DNA from: Auanema rhodensis
Lineage: Eukaryota > Animalia > Nematoda
Direction: 5' to 3'
Assembly: GCA_964057225.1 (NCBI GenBank)
Contig: OZ059899.1
Location: 10,664,001-10,728,000, forward strand
Length of the DNA stretch: 64,000 nt
Position 1 is the stretch's first letter; each line of letters opens with the position of its first letter. Shown in pieces: positions 60,601-64,000 of the stretch. A model generated the notes under the pieces. The model searched no databases and was not told where the DNA came from. It saw nothing but the letters and a program-made list of their open reading frames with translations. The translations under genes and the position numbers were made by a program.

Positions 60601-63600
60601 TCGAAGTAAATGTACAAGTTTAAAGTGGATATCTAACAATCTTTTTCATTTTATTTCTTTTTGTTTGTTTTAAAGTAGGAGAAACTAGTTCTTTTCTTTC
60701 TAATTTCCATTCCAAATGCTTTCGATTTCCAGGAAAATATATAAGGCCTTGTTCAACTAAAATTTCAGAAACTCTTATGAGAAAAAAAACTAAGACAATT
60801 GTGATGAGAGAAATTAAGAGAAAAACTATGGAGCGCACATTACATTTTTCGACAATATCAGTAGATTCGAAATAATTGATATCCTGGAAACGTTATTCCT
60901 CTCCTTTTTTTATATCAAACGAGAGTTTTATGTAATCGTAGAGAAATCAGGATCAGTCTGTTCTGTTGGAGAACTGTAATACATAAAAGTTCAATCTAAT
61001 AGGCTTTTTATCGAAATAAATGTATAAGTTTAAATTGGATATCTAACAATCTTTTTCATTTTATTTCTTTTTGTTTGTTTTAAAGTAGGAAAACCTAGTT
61101 CTTTTCTTTCTAATTTCCATTCCAAATGCTTTCGAATTCCAGGAAAATATATAAGGCCTTGTTCAACTAAAATTTCAGAAACTCTTATGAGAAAAAAAAC
61201 TAAGAAAATTGTGATGAGAGAAATTAAGAGAAAACCTATTGAGCTGACATTACATTTTTCGACAATATCACTAGATTCGATATCATTGATATCCTGGAAA
61301 CGTTATTCCTCTACTTTTTTATATCACACGAGAGTTTAATGTAATCATAGAGAAATCAGGATCAGTCTGTTCTGTTGGAGAACTGTAAACATAAAAGTTC
61401 AATCTAATAGGCTTTTTATCGAAGTAAATGTACAAGTTTAAATTGGATATCTAACAATCTTTTTCATTTTATTTCTTTTTGTTTGTTTTAAAGTAGGAGA
61501 AACTAGTTCTTTTCTTTCTAATTTCCATTCCAAATGCTTTCGATTTCCAGGAAAATATATAAGGCCTTGTTCAACTAAAATTTCAGAAACTCTTATGAGA
61601 AAAAAAACTAAGACAATTGTGATGAGAGAAATTAAGAGAAAAACTATGGAGCTGACATTACATTTTTCGACAATATCAGTAGATTCGAAATAATTGATAT
61701 CCTGGAAACGTTATTCCTCTCCTTTTCTTATATCAAACGAGAGTTTCATGTAATCGTAGAGAAATCAGGATCAGTCTGTTCTGTTGGAGAACTGTAATAC
61801 ATAAAAGTTCAATCTAATAGACTTTTTATCGAAGTAAATGTACAAGTTTAAATTGGACATCTAACAATCTTTTTCATTTTTTTTCTTTTTGTTTGTTTTA
61901 AAGTAGGAAAAACTAGTTCTTTTCTTTCTAATTTCCATTCCAAATGCTTTCGAATTCCAGGAAAATATATAAGGCCTTGTTCAACTAAAATTTCAGAAAC
62001 TCTTATGAGAAAAAAAAACTAAGAAAATTGTGATGAGAGAAATTAAGAGAAAACCTATTGAGCTGACATTACATTTTTCGACAATATCACTAGATTCGAT
62101 ATCATTGATATCCTGGAAACGTTATTCCTCTACTTTTTTATATCAAACGAGAGTTTAATGTAATCATAGAGAAATCAGGATCAGTCTGTTCTGTTGGAGA
62201 ACTGTAAGACATAAAAGTTCAATCTAATAGGCTTTTTATCAAAATAAATGTACAAGTTTAAATTGGATATCTAACAATCTTTTTCATCTTATTTCTTTTT
62301 GTTTGTTTTAAAGTAGGAGAAACTAGTTCTTTTCTTTCTAATTTCCATTCCAAATGCTTTCGAATTCCAGGAAAATATATAAGGCCTTGTTCAACTAAAA
62401 TTTCAGAAACTCTTATGAGAAAAAAAACTAAGACAATTGTGATGAGAGAAATTAAGAAAAAAACTATGGAGCTGACATTACATTTTTCGACAATATCAGT
62501 AGATTCGAAATAATTGATATCCTGAAAACGTTATTCCTCTCCTTTTTTTATATCAAACGAGAGTTTCATGTAATCGTAGAGAAATCAGGATCAGTCTGTT
62601 CTGTTGGAGAACTGTAATACATAAAAGTTCAATCTAATAGGCTTTTTATCGAAGTAAATGTACAAGTTTAAATTGGATATCTAACAATCTTTTTCATATT
62701 ATTTCTTTTTGTTTGTTTTAAAGTAGGAAAAACTAGTTCTTTTCTTTCTAGTTTCCATTCCAAATGCTTTCGAATTCCAGGAAAATATATAAGGCCTTGT
62801 TCAACTAAAATTTCAGGAACTCTTATGAGAAAAAAAACTAAGACAATTGTGATGAGAGAAATTAAGAGAAAAACTATGGAGCTGACATTACATTTTTCGA
62901 CAATATCAGTTGATTCGAAATAATTGATATCCTGGAAACGTTATTCTTCTCCTTTTTTTATATCAAACGAGAGTTTTTTGTAATCGTAGAGAAATCAGGA
63001 TCAGTCTGTTCTGTTGGAGAACTGTAATACATAAAAGTTCAATCTAATAGGCTTTTTATCGAAGTAAATGTATAAGTTTAAATTGGATATCTAACAATCT
63101 TTTTCATTTTATTTCTTTTTGTTTGTTTTAAAGTAGGAAAAACTAGTTCTTTTCTTTCTAATTTCCATTCCAAATGCTTTCGAATTCCAGGAAAATATAT
63201 AAGGCCTTGTTCAACTGAAATTTCAGAAACTCTTATGAGAAAAAAAACTAAGAAAATTGTGATGAGAGAAATTAAGAGAAAACCTATTGAGCTGACATTA
63301 CATTTTTCGACAATATCACTAGATTCGATATCATTGATATCCTGGAAACGTTATTCCTCTACTTTTTTATATCACACGAGAGTTTTATGTAATCGTAGAG
63401 AAATCAGGATCAGTCTGTTCTGTTGGAGAACTGTAATACATAAAAGTTCAATCTAATAGGCTTTTTATCGAAGTAAATGTATAAGTTTAAATTGGATATC
63501 TAACAATCTTTTTCATTTTATTTCTTTTTGTTTGTTTTAAAGTAGGAAAAACTAGTTCTTTTCTTTCTAATTTCCATTCCAAATGCTTTCGAATTCCAGG

Positions 63601-64000
63601 AAAATATATAAGGCCTTGTTCAACTAAAATTTCAGAAACTCTTATGAGAAAAAAAACTAAGAAAATTGTGATGAGAGAAATTAAGAGAAAACCTATTGAG
63701 CTGACATTACATTTTTCGACAATATCACTAGATTCGATATCATTGATATCCTGGAAACGTTATTCCTCTACTTTTTTATATCACACGAGAGTTTAATGTA
63801 ATCATAGAGAAATCAGGATCAGTCTGTTCTGTTGGAGAACTGTAAGACATAAAAGTTCAATCTAATAGGCTTTTTATCGAAGTAAATGTACAAGTTTAAA
63901 TTGGATATCTAACAATCTTTTTCATTTTATTTCTTTTTGTTTGTTTTAAAGTAGGAGAAACTAGTTCTTCTCTTTCTAATTTCCATTCCAAATGCTTTCG
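45611..64000 (+). repeat. Homogeneous ~409-bp satellite (~45 monomers, continues past window) with higher-order structure
   Basis: 409-bp period; 818-bp dimer blocks and longer multi-monomer duplications. Confidence 0.97.

Noticed and set aside
10939-63456. Dozens of 60-175 aa ORFs (MHCVIRITQLNK..., MTTTAGFDPT..., MRSTDNVEK..., MRKKTKKIV...)
   Set aside because: They are translations of the tRNA and satellite units, open or closed depending on homopolymer length, and overlap tRNA genes on both strands.
9921-64000. Germline-restricted (programmed DNA elimination) or centromeric role for the satellite
   Set aside because: Plausible in nematodes, but nothing in the sequence supports it: no telomere-repeat addition site was seen. 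It would need soma versus germline coverage or ChIP.

Overview
Eukaryotic, almost certainly nematode, repeat-rich DNA: 43-50 nt GT-AG introns with TTTCAG/TTTTAG acceptors and a C. elegans-type tRNA-Arg(ACG). No ordinary host gene is evident. (1) 1-5952: right end of a Maverick/Polinton, with minor capsid, frameshifted packaging ATPase, a 5-exon protein-primed PolB gene lacking its polymerase body, a nested mariner fragment, palindrome arrays and a CTCTCTACT terminus. (2) ~7040-9920: decayed LTR-retroelement polyprotein in the non-canonical order gag - class III (gB/chuvirus-like) env - protease. (3) 9921-13664 and ~42865-64000: a ~409-bp satellite equal to a ~606-bp tRNA-Arg repeat unit minus the tRNA gene. 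(4) 13665-36564: a tandem tRNA-Arg(ACG) array that flips orientation at a Tc1 fragment. The window holds 34 tRNA copies, none fully canonical; 8 are split by the same 442-bp solo LTR. (5) 36565-~38840: a second gag-env element folded back on itself, with complementary deletions in the two arms. (6) ~39200-42855: a divergent pair of decayed spliced genes, one joining a SET domain to a tyrosine-recombinase-like region. Most ORFs listed in 9.9-36.5 kb and 43-64 kb are artefacts of the repeats. All family assignments come from manual motif reading, not database searches.
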